NCBI RefSeq assembly: GCF_038871235.1
Contig: NZ_JAVZIN010000007.1
Span: forward strand, 6,617-70,616
Origin: Candidatus Hadarchaeum sp.
GTDB taxonomy: Archaea > Hadarchaeota > Hadarchaeia > Hadarchaeales > Hadarchaeaceae
Direction: 5' to 3'
DNA length: 64,000 nucleotides
The notes below the pieces were generated by a model that saw only the letters and a list, made by a program, of their open reading frames with translations, was not told the origin of the DNA and did not search any database. A program made the translations under genes and the position numbers. Position 1 is the stretch's first letter. Each line of letters opens with the position of its first letter. Below are positions 18,775 through 29,703 of the stretch, one piece after another.

Positions 18775-20630
18775 CCGCCGAAGAAGATCGGGCGCAGCGA
18801 TAACAATCGGTTCATGGCGAGGGGCCTGAAGGGCATCCCTTTGGTCAGTTGCTTAATTTCAGCGGAGAGCTCCTCCATGGTCAGTAATTTAAGTCCCTTC
18901 TCTCCTCGTACCCTGACTGGAATTTTTTCCGATCCTAATTCCTTGTCACCGATGACGATAATGTAGGGCACCCACTCTCGCTCGGCATCCCTCACCTTCT
19001 TTGAGACAGATTCCTCTCTGTCGTCGATGTCAACTCTTATCTGGTTCTTCTCAAGAGCCTCAGCGATTTTATTGCAGAAGTCAAGGTGACGGCTGGCAAG
19101 CGGCACGATTCTTACCTGAGTCGGCGCGAGCCAGAGGGGCAAGCAAGGTACTCCGCCCGCCATTTGGGCCTTGGCAGCCTCCTCCAAAATCGCGTAGATC
19201 CACCTCTCGATAGAACCGATGGAGGAATGCAATATCACGCAGTTCCGTTTTTCACCTCTTTCATCAACATAGCGAATATCATAGCGTTCCGAGTCCTCGA
19301 GGTCAAGCTGGATGGTGGAAAGCTGGGCATTTCCACCCACCGAGTCGATCATCTGAAATTCATGTTTTAGGATCCAGTAGTGTTTTCGTTCGGTGAGAAG
19401 CTCAATCAGGGCCGGGCGCTTGACCAGTTGCAGCAGACGGACGATGAAATCTTTGTTCTGGCGATAGAAATCCTCGACCACACGAAAGACCACCACATAT
19501 TCAACTCCCATTGAACCTACCATCTTAACATAGACTTCAAAGAGCCGTTCATATTCCTCCAATCCCTGCTTCAAGTCAAGGCAAAAGCAGTGGATGTCGG
19601 GCATGGTGAAAGCCCTGAGCCTCTTCAGCCCCACGGTTTCACCGCTCTGCTCAAGCCGGTAGGACGGGGAAAGCTCGAAAACCCGCACCGGCATCTGCTT
19701 GTAGGTCATTAGGGTGTTCTTCATCATCTTGAAAAGTCCAAAGTCTCCGGAGAACCTCAGGATGAGTGTTCGGTTGGGTAGTCTGATCTTGTAGTCCTTT
19801 TGCAGGAACTTGGCCGCTTGCTCGGCTATGTCCGGTTCATCGGCGCGGTAGAGTACTGGAGTTTCTATCCTGACAGCACCGATTTCTGCAGCGATTTGCG
19901 AGGCGAAGTCCTCCAGCAGACCCTTGATGAGGGCGCCGTTGGGATAGAAACGGAAGTGTCCGGTATCGCTCGCTGGCTCGTAGTCCACCAGCTCCAGCCG
20001 CCGCATCAGCTTGATGTGGGCCGGTTCTCCTCCCGGCTTTTGTCCCAGTTCCTCGCTCAAGAGGTATTGCTTGAGCAGCGGGTTTTTCATCAGCGGCTGG
20101 CAAGATTCGATCTCGGCTAGGTTTAACTCTTGTTCACCACCTTCGGGTGTGAGGAGGATCCATTTACCCGGTGCGGCCCTAGCGACCAATTCTGCGGCTA
20201 CAGGGGCTTCCGAGGTAATGGTACGGGATAGCTCTGAAAGAGGATGTCCCTTGCAGCTGATGGTGAATGCCTTGTACCAGCCAAAGGGCAGCCGATGGAC
20301 TTCAAGACCGTGTCCTCGGAGTTCCTCGGCGGTGGCATCGAGCAGTTTGATGGCTGTTTTAGGTGAGGCAAGCGAGGAACTCAGGTGAGCATAGGGATAG
20401 ATAGCGACCCTTTGCGCCTCCACTTTCTTTGCGATGTTGAAGATCTCCACAGCGGCATTTTTAGCCACTTGTTTGATGTTGTTTTCGTCGGCTTCTTCAG
20501 CGGCCGAGAAGACAACGAGCACATCATCGATTTGTCCCGAGCACTGCTCAGGTCTGATTTCCTCAGCTGCGGGTGTACGTTGCTTTACCTCGAACTTGAG
20601 GTAGTCGGCATGTATCAGCAGGATTTGCAA
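18771..20630 (-). CDS. thrS: Threonyl-tRNA synthetase with archaeal N-terminal editing domain
   Basis: 619 aa with a TTG start. (M)QILLIHADY is the archaeal DTD-like editing-domain N-terminus, followed by a class II core and anticodon-binding domain. Confidence 0.92.
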   Translation of the reverse strand: MQILLIHADYLKFEVKQRTPAAEEIRPEQCSGQIDDVLVVFSAAEEADENNIKQVAKNAAVEIFNIAKKVEAQRVAIYPYAHLSSSLASPKTAIKLLDATAEELRGHGLEVHRLPFGWYKAFTISCKGHPLSELSRTITSEAPVAAELVARAAPGKWILLTPEGGEQELNLAEIESCQPLMKNPLLKQYLLSEELGQKPGGEPAHIKLMRRLELVDYEPASDTGHFRFYPNGALIKGLLEDFASQIAAEIGAVRIETPVLYRADEPDIAEQAAKFLQKDYKIRLPNRTLILRFSGDFGLFKMMKNTLMTYKQMPVRVFELSPSYRLEQSGETVGLKRLRAFTMPDIHCFCLDLKQGLEEYERLFEVYVKMVGSMGVEYVVVFRVVEDFYRQNKDFIVRLLQLVKRPALIELLTERKHYWILKHEFQMIDSVGGNAQLSTIQLDLEDSERYDIRYVDERGEKRNCVILHSSIGSIERWIYAILEEAAKAQMAGGVPCLPLWLAPTQVRIVPLASRHLDFCNKIAEALEKNQIRVDIDDREESVSKKVRDAEREWVPYIIVIGDKELGSEKIPVRVRGEKGLKLLTMEELSAEIKQLTKGMPFRPLAMNRLLSLRPIFFGG

Positions 20631-20715
20631 ACCAGCACCGCGGGAACTTGATTTTGTAAATTTAATAACTTATCGTTTCAAAGGCACCGAAACAGCGTTT
20701 AATTCAAAGGGCAGA

Positions 20716-21489
20716 ATGGAATTGGTGCTGATGAGAAGATTTTGCTATAAATGTGGGGCATTCGAGGACGATGCCGGACCGTTGTTGCAGGGGCTCTGCC
20801 AACGCTGTTTTTCCGACCTACCGCTAATGGAAGTCCCCGCCGAGATTGAGGTGGTTCTCTGTAGGGATTGTGGGGCTATCAAGATCGGAGGAAGGTGGCA
20901 ATCTCAGTTCTCCGGAGAGCCGGTGAAAGAGGCGGCGCGGCAGGCGTTGCTCCATTCCGTCCGCGTGTTGAGTTATACTGATTCCGAAAAGCGCCTTCTT
21001 AGAGCCGCTGAAGCGCCGGGCCTTCGGTTTGAGGTGGAGCCGCGGTTGGAAGAAAGCTTGGTGGTGGTCAGGGCTTCGGGCAAGCTTCACCCACTACAGA
21101 AAATTCCCAAAATTGAGGAGCACGCCTTGAAATTGGACTTGAAATATACTACCTGTGATGTTTGCAGGTTGAAAAGGGCCAAGCATCATGAGGCGATTTT
21201 GCAATTGCGTGATTTTTCTTCGACTGAAAAGCGACTTCAGATTCAAAGAGAAGTGGAAAAGATAGTCGCCCAATTAGGGAAAAGTGAGCCTAGGAATTTT
21301 ATCGCCAACTTCAAGGAACAGCATGGTGGCTTGGACTATTACCTCAGTTCAGTGAATTTGGGAAGGAAGATAGCGGCCTTGCTGAAGGAGAGGTTTGGAG
21401 CTACCGTTATCGAAAGCGCGAAGCTCATCGGACGAACAAGAGACGGGCGGAAAAAATATCGTGTTTCAATTTTGGCTAGATTTATGTAG
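20716..21489 (+). CDS. NMD3-like protein (archaeal homolog of the 60S export adaptor)
   Basis: 257 aa. N-terminal Cys4 clusters (CYKCG...CQRC, CRDCG) and a later CDVC, consistent with the NMD3 family. Confidence 0.7.
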   Translation: MELVLMRRFCYKCGAFEDDAGPLLQGLCQRCFSDLPLMEVPAEIEVVLCRDCGAIKIGGRWQSQFSGEPVKEAARQALLHSVRVLSYTDSEKRLLRAAEAPGLRFEVEPRLEESLVVVRASGKLHPLQKIPKIEEHALKLDLKYTTCDVCRLKRAKHHEAILQLRDFSSTEKRLQIQREVEKIVAQLGKSEPRNFIANFKEQHGGLDYYLSSVNLGRKIAALLKERFGATVIESAKLIGRTRDGRKKYRVSILARFM

Positions 21490-21526
21490 TTGTTTATAAA
21501 AAGTTGAAATAATAACTTTATAGCTG

Positions 21527-23215
21527 ATGCCAATGGTCGAGATGACTGGAGCGAAGGCGCTTTTCGAGGCTCTGAAGGCAGAGGGCGTGCGGAACATCTT
21601 CGGGATACCTGGAGGTGCTATTATCCCTGTCTACGATGCGCTTTACGATGAAACCGAAATTCGCCACATACTCACTAGGCATGAGCAGGCAGCAGCGCAT
21701 GCGGCTGATGGTTATGCTCGCGCCACGGGTAGACCGGGCGTTTGCCTTACCACCTCAGGCCCGGGTGCGACCAATCTGACCACCGGAATCCTCAACGCCT
21801 ACATGGATAGCTCGCCGGTGGTTGCCATCTCGGGGCAGATGCCGAACTCCGTGCTGGGCAGTGACGCTTTTCAGGAAGCCGACATGCTGAGCATCATGCT
21901 GCCGATAACTAAGCACAACTTTATCATCCGCAATGTCGCCGATCTCCCCGCCATAATCAGGCTCGCATTTAAAACAGCCACCATCGGGAGGCCGGGCCCG
22001 GTGCACATAGATCTGCCTAAGGATGTTCAAGTAAGCAAAGCCGACCTAAAGATTCCTGCCGAAGTGAATTATCAGAAGGTGATAAAGTATGACCCCAACC
22101 CTGAGGACATCCGGAAGGCGGTTAAAATGCTGGTTGATGCCGAGCAACCAGTGATATATGCCGGCGGCGGCGTCATCATCTCCTCAGCTTCAGCCGAGGT
22201 CGTCACTCTGGCTGAGATGCTGGGTGCTCCGGTGGTGACTTCTTTGATGGGCAAAGGCGTGATTCCAGAGGACCACCCCCTCGCGCTCGGCATGCTCGGC
22301 ATGCACGGACGCATGGCGGCCAACCTTGCGGTGAGTGAGTGTGATGTTCTGCTGGGAGTGGGGGTCAGGTTCAGCGATCGGGCCACCGGAGACGTTCGTC
22401 ACTTTGCTTCACGAGCTAAGATCATTCACATTGACATCGATCAAGTGGAGCTAGGTAAGAATGTTCGAGTGGATCTACCGATAATCGGTGATGCCAAGCG
22501 GGCTCTCACCGAGATAATAAACGGGCTTAAGCTGCAGGTGAAGCAGGATAGAACCAGCGCTTGGCTGCGGAGGGTGAAGAAGATGAGGGAGGAGCTAGCC
22601 CCGAGGATGGATTACGATGAGGTTCCCACCAAGCCGCAGCGCGTGATTAAAGAGATAATGAGCGTGCTTAACGATGACGCGATCATCGTGACTGAAGTGG
22701 GACAGTGCCAAATGTGGGCAGCTCACTTTTACGTGGTCAGAAAACCCAGACATTTCATCTCCTCGGGTGGCTTGGGGACGATGGGGTTTGGATTCCCAGC
22801 TTCGATGGGCGTCAAAGTGGCCCGGCCCGAGTGTGATGTGGTCGATATAGCTGGAGATGGCAGTTTTCTCATGAATTCCCAGGAGCTGGCCACGGTGGTG
22901 GAAAACAAGATAAATGTGGTTTCCTGTATCTTTAACAACGGTTACCTCGGCATGGTCAAGCAGTGGCAGGACCTCTTTTATCAGAAAAGACGTTCAGGGG
23001 TCTACTTGGGCAAGGCACCTGATTTCGTGAAACTTGCCGAGGCCTACGGCGCCTGGGGCGATCGTGCCTCGAGGCCAAGTGAGATAGCGCCTAAGCTGAG
23101 GGAGGCGCTGAAATGTGGAAAGCCTGCGATACTCGATATACCAATTGACCCCGACGAACATGTGTTACCGATGGTGCCATCCGGAGGGAGGCTGGATGAG
23201 CCAATACTCACGTAG
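21527..23215 (+). CDS. ilvB: Acetolactate synthase large subunit
   Basis: 562 aa ThDP enzyme (GIPGGAI, HEQAAAH, GGLGTMGFGFPA, GDGSFLMN). Confidence 0.94.
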   Translation: MPMVEMTGAKALFEALKAEGVRNIFGIPGGAIIPVYDALYDETEIRHILTRHEQAAAHAADGYARATGRPGVCLTTSGPGATNLTTGILNAYMDSSPVVAISGQMPNSVLGSDAFQEADMLSIMLPITKHNFIIRNVADLPAIIRLAFKTATIGRPGPVHIDLPKDVQVSKADLKIPAEVNYQKVIKYDPNPEDIRKAVKMLVDAEQPVIYAGGGVIISSASAEVVTLAEMLGAPVVTSLMGKGVIPEDHPLALGMLGMHGRMAANLAVSECDVLLGVGVRFSDRATGDVRHFASRAKIIHIDIDQVELGKNVRVDLPIIGDAKRALTEIINGLKLQVKQDRTSAWLRRVKKMREELAPRMDYDEVPTKPQRVIKEIMSVLNDDAIIVTEVGQCQMWAAHFYVVRKPRHFISSGGLGTMGFGFPASMGVKVARPECDVVDIAGDGSFLMNSQELATVVENKINVVSCIFNNGYLGMVKQWQDLFYQKRRSGVYLGKAPDFVKLAEAYGAWGDRASRPSEIAPKLREALKCGKPAILDIPIDPDEHVLPMVPSGGRLDEPILT

Positions 23216-23223
23216 GTGTTGAG

Positions 23224-23706
23224 ATGAAAACGCGAATGTTTTCTGTGCTCTGCCAGAATGTTCCTGGAGTCATGATGAGGATATCCAGATCTTTCACTAG
23301 GCGTCAGATCAACTTGGACTCGATCACGGTGGGCATCGAGCCCAGCGGTCTGGCCCGGGTTATCCTAACCTTCAAGGCCGACGATCGTCTAGCGGAGTTC
23401 ATGCGCAGGGTACTTGCCCGAGCCGAGCCGATAATAGATGTCGAGGTCATTGATCCGGAACGTAGCATTGCTAGGGAGATTGCGCTGTTGAAGACCAAGA
23501 AGCTTGATGAGGAGCAGCTTTGGAAAGTGGTGCAGAAAGTCGAAAGCGCTGGCGGCAAGGTTTTGGAGGACAAGGGGAACGTTTTGATCATCGAACTCAG
23601 TGGCAGCCATGAGCACATAGAAAAGGTGGTCGCGGAGCTGGGTCCGGATATTCTCAGGGAGGTCGCCCGCTCGGGTCAGGTTCTTATATCCCGAGAGACA
23701 ACATAA
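23224..23706 (+). CDS. ilvN: Acetolactate synthase small (regulatory) subunit
   Basis: 160 aa. ACT domain N-terminus (FSVLCQNVPGVMMRISRSFTRRQINLDSITV). Confidence 0.9.
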   Translation: MKTRMFSVLCQNVPGVMMRISRSFTRRQINLDSITVGIEPSGLARVILTFKADDRLAEFMRRVLARAEPIIDVEVIDPERSIAREIALLKTKKLDEEQLWKVVQKVESAGGKVLEDKGNVLIIELSGSHEHIEKVVAELGPDILREVARSGQVLISRETT

Positions 23707-23716
23707 AAAAGATAAC

Positions 23717-24703
23717 ATGGCGAAGATATATTATGATAAGGATGCGGACATTGCCCCCTTGCAGGGAAAGACAATTGCCATCATAGGTTACGGAAATCAG
23801 GGGCAGGCCCAAGCCAAGAATCTCAGGGATTCTGGATGCAAGGTGATCATCGGCAATATAAAGGATGCCAGTTATGAACAGGCGAAGCGGGATGGTTTTG
23901 AGGTTTACGACATCCCGGAGGCCGCTAGGCGTGCTGATATTATCCACATTTTGATTCCGGATGAACACCAGGCCGACGTTTATCGGGAGCAGATTCAGCA
24001 GCATCTCACCGCGGGCAAGGTCCTCTGCTTTAGTCATGGATTTAACATCCATTTCAAGCAAATAGTGCCACCTAAGGATGTGGACGTTATCATGATAGCT
24101 CCGAAGGCGCCCGGGGCCATGTTGCGACAGATGTATGAGCGCGGTTCCGGAACGCCGGGATTACTGGCGGTTGAACAGAATGCCAGTGGGAGGGCTAAGG
24201 AGATAGCGCTAGCGATGGCGAAGGGAGTTGGGTTGACTAGGATCGGGGTTGTTGAGACCACTTTTAAGGAAGAGGTGGAAACCGACCTGTTTGGCGAGCA
24301 GGCGGTGCTGGTGGGTGGAGTTTCCGAGCTGATGATCGCCGGGTTTGAAACTTTGGTCGAGGCGGGCTATCAGCCGGAGATAGCTTACTTCGAGTGCATC
24401 AACGAGCTGAAGCTGATCATCGATTTGGTCTATGAGCACGGCATCGAGGGGATGATGAAGGCCGTTAGCAACACGGCCGAGTATGGTGGTCGCACTAGGG
24501 GCAAATGGATAGTCGATCGTAGAACGAGAGAAACAATGAAGCGGATGCTGGAGGACATCAAGAGCGGAAAGTTTGCCAAGGAATGGATAGAGGAGAGCAA
24601 GGCGAACCTGCCAAACCTGCGCAGGATGCGCGAGGAAGGGAAGAAGCACTTGGTTGAGCGGGTCGGAAGGGAGCTGCGCAAGTGGGCCGGAATCGAAAAG
24701 TGA
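23717..24703 (+). CDS. ilvC: Ketol-acid reductoisomerase (class I)
   Basis: 328 aa. IIGYGNQGQAQAKNLRDSG Rossmann motif and FGEQAVL. Confidence 0.95.
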   Translation: MAKIYYDKDADIAPLQGKTIAIIGYGNQGQAQAKNLRDSGCKVIIGNIKDASYEQAKRDGFEVYDIPEAARRADIIHILIPDEHQADVYREQIQQHLTAGKVLCFSHGFNIHFKQIVPPKDVDVIMIAPKAPGAMLRQMYERGSGTPGLLAVEQNASGRAKEIALAMAKGVGLTRIGVVETTFKEEVETDLFGEQAVLVGGVSELMIAGFETLVEAGYQPEIAYFECINELKLIIDLVYEHGIEGMMKAVSNTAEYGGRTRGKWIVDRRTRETMKRMLEDIKSGKFAKEWIEESKANLPNLRRMREEGKKHLVERVGRELRKWAGIEK

Positions 24704-24766
24704 TAATTTCCCTCTACCGCCAGAATTTTATATTTATAACGTGATGCCTTCTCGGAGGCAGGACCG

Positions 24767-26425
24767 ATGAAGCTTCGCAGCCGAGAGGTAGTGGTTGGGC
24801 TAGAGAGCCTTCCCCGCCGAGCTCTGTTGAGAGCCGATGGCCTGACCGATGCTGATATCGAGAGGCCGTTTGTGGCCATAGCCAACTCCTACAATAACAT
24901 TGTGCCGGGACATTTACATCTGCGGCAGCTGGGCGAGGCGGTTGCGGCGGGTGTTCGGGAGTCCGGTGGCACACCTTTTGAGTTTAACACTATTGGTATC
25001 TGCGACGGCATCTCGATGGGAACCCGAGGAATGTGTTACTCGCTGCCCTCCCGGGAAGTCATCGCCGACAGCGTCGAGTTGATGCTTGAGGCTCATAGAT
25101 TCGATGCCGTAGTTTGCGTGGCTAGCTGCGATAAGATCGTCCCAGGGATGCTGATGGCCATGGCGCGGGTGAACATTCCCGGGATAATGGTCACTGGCGG
25201 GCCGATGATGCCTGGAGAATGGGGCGGGCAGAAGTTGGATGTGATCAGCGCCTTTGAGGCCGTTGGTGCGGTTAAGTCGGGCAAGATGAGCGAGAGAGAA
25301 GCACGGATTATCGAGGAGCGCTGTTGTCCCGGCTGCGGCTCATGTGCGGGACTGTTCACGGCCAACACCATGGCCTGTCTCACCGAGGCTATGGGAATGT
25401 CACTACCAGGGATGGCGACCGCTCACGCTGTTGATTCTAAAAAAGTAGCTCTAGCCAAGCGGAGTGGCTCTCAGGTTCTGAAGTTGCTTCGTCTGGGGAT
25501 AACAACTAGAAGGATAATGACGCGACCTGCCTTTGAAAATGCGGTGATAGTAGACATGGCCATTGGGGGCTCGACGAACACCGTGCTGCATCTTCCGGCA
25601 ATCGCCCACGAAGCCGGGATCAAGTTGGATCTGGATATATTTGATAGGTTGAGCCGAAGGACGCCGCATCTCTGCAGCTTGAGGCCTGGAGGTTCACACA
25701 CGATGCTTGATTTAGACAGGGCTGGTGGAATACCTGCTGTCATGAAGCGGCTGAGTGGGCTAATTCGGGGCACACCTCTTACCGTCACTGGCAGACGGGT
25801 TCGGGACAACTTGAAGTTCGTCAAGATACCGGAAAACGATGTCATCAGGCCGCTCAATCGACCGTACCATCGCGAGGGCGGCATCGCGATTTTATATGGT
25901 AATTTGGCCCCGAAGGGAGCTGTGGTAAAATACGCTGGCGTTAGTCCTCGGATGATTCGGCACAGAGGGCCGGCAAGGGTTTTCGACCGTGAGGATGACG
26001 CGGTGAAGGCGATATTAGGTGGCAAGATCAAACGTGGTGATGTAATTGTCATCAGATACGAGGGACCCAAAGGAGGCCCTGGGATGCGTGAGATGTTAGC
26101 GGCTACTTCTGCCTTGGCTGGCGTGGGGTTAATCGATTCCGTGGCTTTGGTGACTGATGGGAGGTTCTCCGGCGGGACGAGAGGTGCAGCAGTGGGCCAT
26201 GTTTCGCCCGAGGCCGCGGAGAAGGGACCCATCGCCGCCGTTGTCGAGGGAGATAAAATATTGATTGACATTCCCGGACGCAGGCTGGAGGTAATGGTTC
26301 CGGAGCAGGTGCTTGAGGAGAGGCTGGCGAAGGTGAAACCGCTTCCACCGAAAATAAAAACTGGTTATCTGGGATTATATTCTAAAATGGTTAGCTCGGC
26401 TGCAGAGGGAGCCATAAGACTTTGA
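24767..26425 (+). CDS. ilvD: Dihydroxy-acid dehydratase
   Basis: 552 aa. [16 protein letters not shown] and TDGRFSGGT motifs. Confidence 0.95.
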   Translation: MKLRSREVVVGLESLPRRALLRADGLTDADIERPFVAIANSYNNIVPGHLHLRQLGEAVAAGVRESGGTPFEFNTIGICDGISMGTRGMCYSLPSREVIADSVELMLEAHRFDAVVCVASCDKIVPGMLMAMARVNIPGIMVTGGPMMPGEWGGQKLDVISAFEAVGAVKSGKMSEREARIIEERCCPGCGSCAGLFTANTMACLTEAMGMSLPGMATAHAVDSKKVALAKRSGSQVLKLLRLGITTRRIMTRPAFENAVIVDMAIGGSTNTVLHLPAIAHEAGIKLDLDIFDRLSRRTPHLCSLRPGGSHTMLDLDRAGGIPAVMKRLSGLIRGTPLTVTGRRVRDNLKFVKIPENDVIRPLNRPYHREGGIAILYGNLAPKGAVVKYAGVSPRMIRHRGPARVFDREDDAVKAILGGKIKRGDVIVIRYEGPKGGPGMREMLAATSALAGVGLIDSVALVTDGRFSGGTRGAAVGHVSPEAAEKGPIAAVVEGDKILIDIPGRRLEVMVPEQVLEERLAKVKPLPPKIKTGYLGLYSKMVSSAAEGAIRL

Positions 26426-26698
26426 CCAGTTTTCCAGAAAGTGCGGAAATTGTACTCATTCGGCACGATTTCAAGGGTCTAAAATTTGACTGTTTGAGAA
26501 ACGACAGCCTCGAATAAAAACACAAGATATAGCCATGTCACAGGTTTACCTTGCTCAACAAATTTCAATCGTTTTATTTGGCATGAGATAGCTGTGTCAT
26601 CCAGTGGCTTAAATCCCAAGCGAGGCACAATAGCCAAATGTTTACTGGCAATCACAATAAAACTTAAAGATTGGGCCACTTAATCAGGTTGGAAGTTC

Positions 26699-27955
26699 AT
26701 GCCGATGACGATTGCGGAGAAAATACTGGCCCGGGCGTCGGGGCGCCAGAGCGTGTCTCCTGGCGAGATAGTTGAGGCCCGAGTTGATGTTGCCATGATT
26801 AATGACATCACCGGCCCGATCACGGTGGAGGCTTTGGAGCAGATCGGCGTTAAAAGAGTCTGGAATCCCTCGAGGGTGGTAATCGTCTTGGACCATCAGG
26901 CACCAGCCACATCGATCGAGGCCTCTCGAGAGCACATTGGGTTACGCAGGTTCGCGGCTCGGAACGGGGTTCAGAATTTTTTTGAGGTGGGCGAGGGAGT
27001 ATGTCATGAGGTGCTTCCCGAAAACGGTTTTGCTCTTCCCGGCGAGCTCATCGTCGGAGCCGATTCCCATACCTGCACCTATGGGGCCTTCGGCTGTTTT
27101 GCCACCGGTATTGGTTCCACAGATATGGCGGCTGTCTTCGCCACCGGAAAGCTGTGGTTCCGTGTGCCTGAGAGCATGCTGGTGAGAATCGAGGGGACGC
27201 TGAGAAGCCGGGTCTCACCGAAGGACCTGATTTTAAAAATCGTGGGCGAGGTCGGAGCCGATGGTGCCACTTACCGTGCCATCGAGTTCTCCGGCAGCGG
27301 TCTGAGTAGGATAAGCGTTGGGGGTAGAATGACGATGTGCAACATGGGGGTCGAGATGGGGGCAAAGACAGCTATTGTCCCCCCCGACAGAACCACCTTT
27401 AGATATTTAAGGGGAAGGGCCAGATGGGGTTACCAACCAGTTTACAGTGATGCCGGTGCGAGTTACGTCGACGTAATGGAACTTGATCTGTCAAAACTTG
27501 AGCCTCAGGTAGCTCTGCCCCACAATGTGGACAGGGTGCGACCGGTGCGTGAGGTTGCCGGGGTAAAAATCGACCAAGCCTTTTTGGGCAGTTGCACGAA
27601 CGGCAGGCTTGAGGACTTGATTGAAGCGGCCAAAGTGTTGAAGGGTAAAAAAGTAGCCCCAGGAGTAAGGATGCTGGTTGTTCCGGCGTCACGAGAGGTT
27701 TACTTGGAGGCGCTCAGAAAAAAGGTACTGCAGAAATTCGTGGAGGCTGGTGCAATGGTGGGATCGCCATCATGTGCGGCCTGCATGGGGGGGCACATCG
27801 GAATCATCGGACCGGGAGAGGTCTGCATCTCCTCGTCCAACCGGAACTTCAGAGGGCGCATGGGCAGCCCGGAGGCCAAGGTTTATCTGGGCTCTCCAGC
27901 TACGGTTGCCGCTTCAGCCCTGAGAGGAGAGATCACTGATCCGAGGGACGTGTAA
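26699..27955 (+). CDS. leuC: 3-isopropylmalate (or homoaconitate-type) dehydratase large subunit
   Basis: 418 aa aconitase-family protein (GADSHTCTYGA, GSCTNGR, CAACMG). Substrate specificity cannot be read from the sequence. Confidence 0.88.
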   Translation: MPMTIAEKILARASGRQSVSPGEIVEARVDVAMINDITGPITVEALEQIGVKRVWNPSRVVIVLDHQAPATSIEASREHIGLRRFAARNGVQNFFEVGEGVCHEVLPENGFALPGELIVGADSHTCTYGAFGCFATGIGSTDMAAVFATGKLWFRVPESMLVRIEGTLRSRVSPKDLILKIVGEVGADGATYRAIEFSGSGLSRISVGGRMTMCNMGVEMGAKTAIVPPDRTTFRYLRGRARWGYQPVYSDAGASYVDVMELDLSKLEPQVALPHNVDRVRPVREVAGVKIDQAFLGSCTNGRLEDLIEAAKVLKGKKVAPGVRMLVVPASREVYLEALRKKVLQKFVEAGAMVGSPSCAACMGGHIGIIGPGEVCISSSNRNFRGRMGSPEAKVYLGSPATVAASALRGEITDPRDV

Positions 27956-28470
27956 TGGCTAAGGCTTGGGTCTTTGGAAATAACATCTCAACCGATGACA
28001 TCATCGCCGGGCGTTATCTGGTCCAGAGAGATCCGAAGCAGCTGGCCAAACATGTGATGGAGGCGGTGGATCCGAGTTTTGCCGCCAAGGTGAGGGCTGG
28101 AGATGTCATCGTGGCGGGAAAAAACTTCGGCTGCGGTTCAAGCCGGGAACATGCACCGATGGCTTTGAAGGGAGCAGGAATTGCCGCGGTGGTGGCTGAA
28201 TCGTTTGCTAGGATATTTTTCCGAAACGCGATAAACCAAGGGTTACCTGTGTTGATCTCCAAGGAGGCAAGGCGTGGATTCAGGACCGGTGATGGTATCC
28301 GGGTGGATATCAGCAGGGGCGAGGTGCTCAACACCAGCACGGGCAAGAAATTTGATGCTGAACCGCTTCCAGATTTCCTGATGGAGATCTTGCGAGCCGG
28401 TGGACTGCTGCCTTATCTCAAGAGGATGGGTCGGAAAAGTGGTTTCTTGAGGGAAAAAACCGCTGTTTAA
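27955..28470 (+). CDS. leuD: 3-isopropylmalate dehydratase small subunit
   Basis: 171 aa. [14 protein letters not shown] swivel-domain motif. Start abuts the leuC stop. Confidence 0.9.
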   Translation: MAKAWVFGNNISTDDIIAGRYLVQRDPKQLAKHVMEAVDPSFAAKVRAGDVIVAGKNFGCGSSREHAPMALKGAGIAAVVAESFARIFFRNAINQGLPVLISKEARRGFRTGDGIRVDISRGEVLNTSTGKKFDAEPLPDFLMEILRAGGLLPYLKRMGRKSGFLREKTAV

Positions 28471-28509
28471 GCTTAAGAGCCCTGATGTCAAGATTGTTCA
28501 GGTGATAGT

Positions 28510-29640
28510 TTGACAAGGTACAAAATAGCAGTCATCCCGGGTGACGGCGTCGGCCCGGAGGTTATTCGAGAGGGCGTCAAGGTCCTTCGTGCTGCGGCGG
28601 ATGTGGCGGGCGGAATTGATCTGGATTTTGCGGAGTTCCCTTATGGCGCCGAGCACTACCTCAAAACAAATGAGCTGATCCCAGAAGAAGTGTTAAAAGA
28701 ACTGTCCCGTATGGATGCGATTTACCTCGGAGCCTTGGGCGATCCCAGAGTACCTACTGGAATCCTGGAGCAGGGAATACTGCTCAGGTTGCGTTTTTAC
28801 TTTGATCAGTACGTAAATTTGCGTCCCGTTAAGCTCTACCCGGGCGTACCATGCCCCCTGGCTGGAAAAGGACCGGAGCACGTGAACTTCTTCGTGGTCA
28901 GAGAGAACACGGAGGACTTTTACGTGGCACTGGGTGGAAGGGCTAGAGGCAAGCAAAAAGCCAATTTAGATCTCATCAGAGCGCTGTATGAGGCGAAGTT
29001 TAACCTAGACATCGATGTCGATAGGGATGAAATAGCCTATCAGCTTGGGGTCATAAGCAGAAGGGGAGCCGAGAGGGTCATTCGCTATGCGTTTGAGCTG
29101 GCCCGGAGGAAGGGAAAAAAGCGCCTGACCTCCGTGGATAAAGCCAATGTCCTCACTCATGTCTACGGGCTCTGGCGAGAGGTCTTTGAGTCGGTGGCTA
29201 GAGAGTATCCTGAAATTGAAACAGAATATGCCTTTGTGGATGCCGTTGCTATGTGGTTCGTGAAGAATCCCGAGTGGTATCAGGTGGTGGTGACGCCGAA
29301 CATGTTTGGGGACATCATCACCGATCTCGGCGCCATGATTCAGGGAGGTTTAGGTCTGGCACCGGGTGGCAACATCAACCCAGATGGCGTGAGCATGTTT
29401 GAGCCCATTCATGGATCAGCGCCAAAGCATGCGGGAAAAAATGTGGCTAATCCAATAGCCACAATCTTGGCCGGTCAGATGATGTTAGAGGAACTGGGTG
29501 AACAGGAGGTTGCTGACATCATCGAGGCGGCCGTCGTTGAGGTGCTTCGAGAGAGGAGGGTCAGGACTTATGATTTGGGCGGAAGATCGAGCACCTCGGA
29601 AGTTGGCGATGAAGTGGTTAGAAAGATAGAGAACAGGTAG
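28510..29640 (+). CDS. leuB: Isopropylmalate/tartrate-type beta-decarboxylating dehydrogenase
   Basis: 376 aa with a TTG start. [23 protein letters not shown] and [11 protein letters not shown]. By eye closer to the tartrate/D-malate dehydrogenase subfamily, and placed in a leu context. Confidence 0.85.
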   Translation: MTRYKIAVIPGDGVGPEVIREGVKVLRAAADVAGGIDLDFAEFPYGAEHYLKTNELIPEEVLKELSRMDAIYLGALGDPRVPTGILEQGILLRLRFYFDQYVNLRPVKLYPGVPCPLAGKGPEHVNFFVVRENTEDFYVALGGRARGKQKANLDLIRALYEAKFNLDIDVDRDEIAYQLGVISRRGAERVIRYAFELARRKGKKRLTSVDKANVLTHVYGLWREVFESVAREYPEIETEYAFVDAVAMWFVKNPEWYQVVVTPNMFGDIITDLGAMIQGGLGLAPGGNINPDGVSMFEPIHGSAPKHAGKNVANPIATILAGQMMLEELGEQEVADIIEAAVVEVLRERRVRTYDLGGRSSTSEVGDEVVRKIENR

Positions 29641-29703
29641 CGGGAGGAAGACTTCGGTTCAACGGGGATATATTAGTTCAGTAAAGATATTAGTTGGGAA
29701 AAC

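Noticed and set aside
25471-26271. 266-aa minus-strand ORF inside ilvD
   Set aside because: Antisense shadow ORF with Pro/Ser/Ala-rich composition. ilvD on the + strand has all its diagnostic motifs.
26479-26679. 66-aa minus-strand ORF in the ilvD-leuC spacer
   Set aside because: AT-rich, with no SD or TATA in a sensible position, no motif, and the opposite orientation to the surrounding operon. I treat the region as non-coding spacer (see finding).
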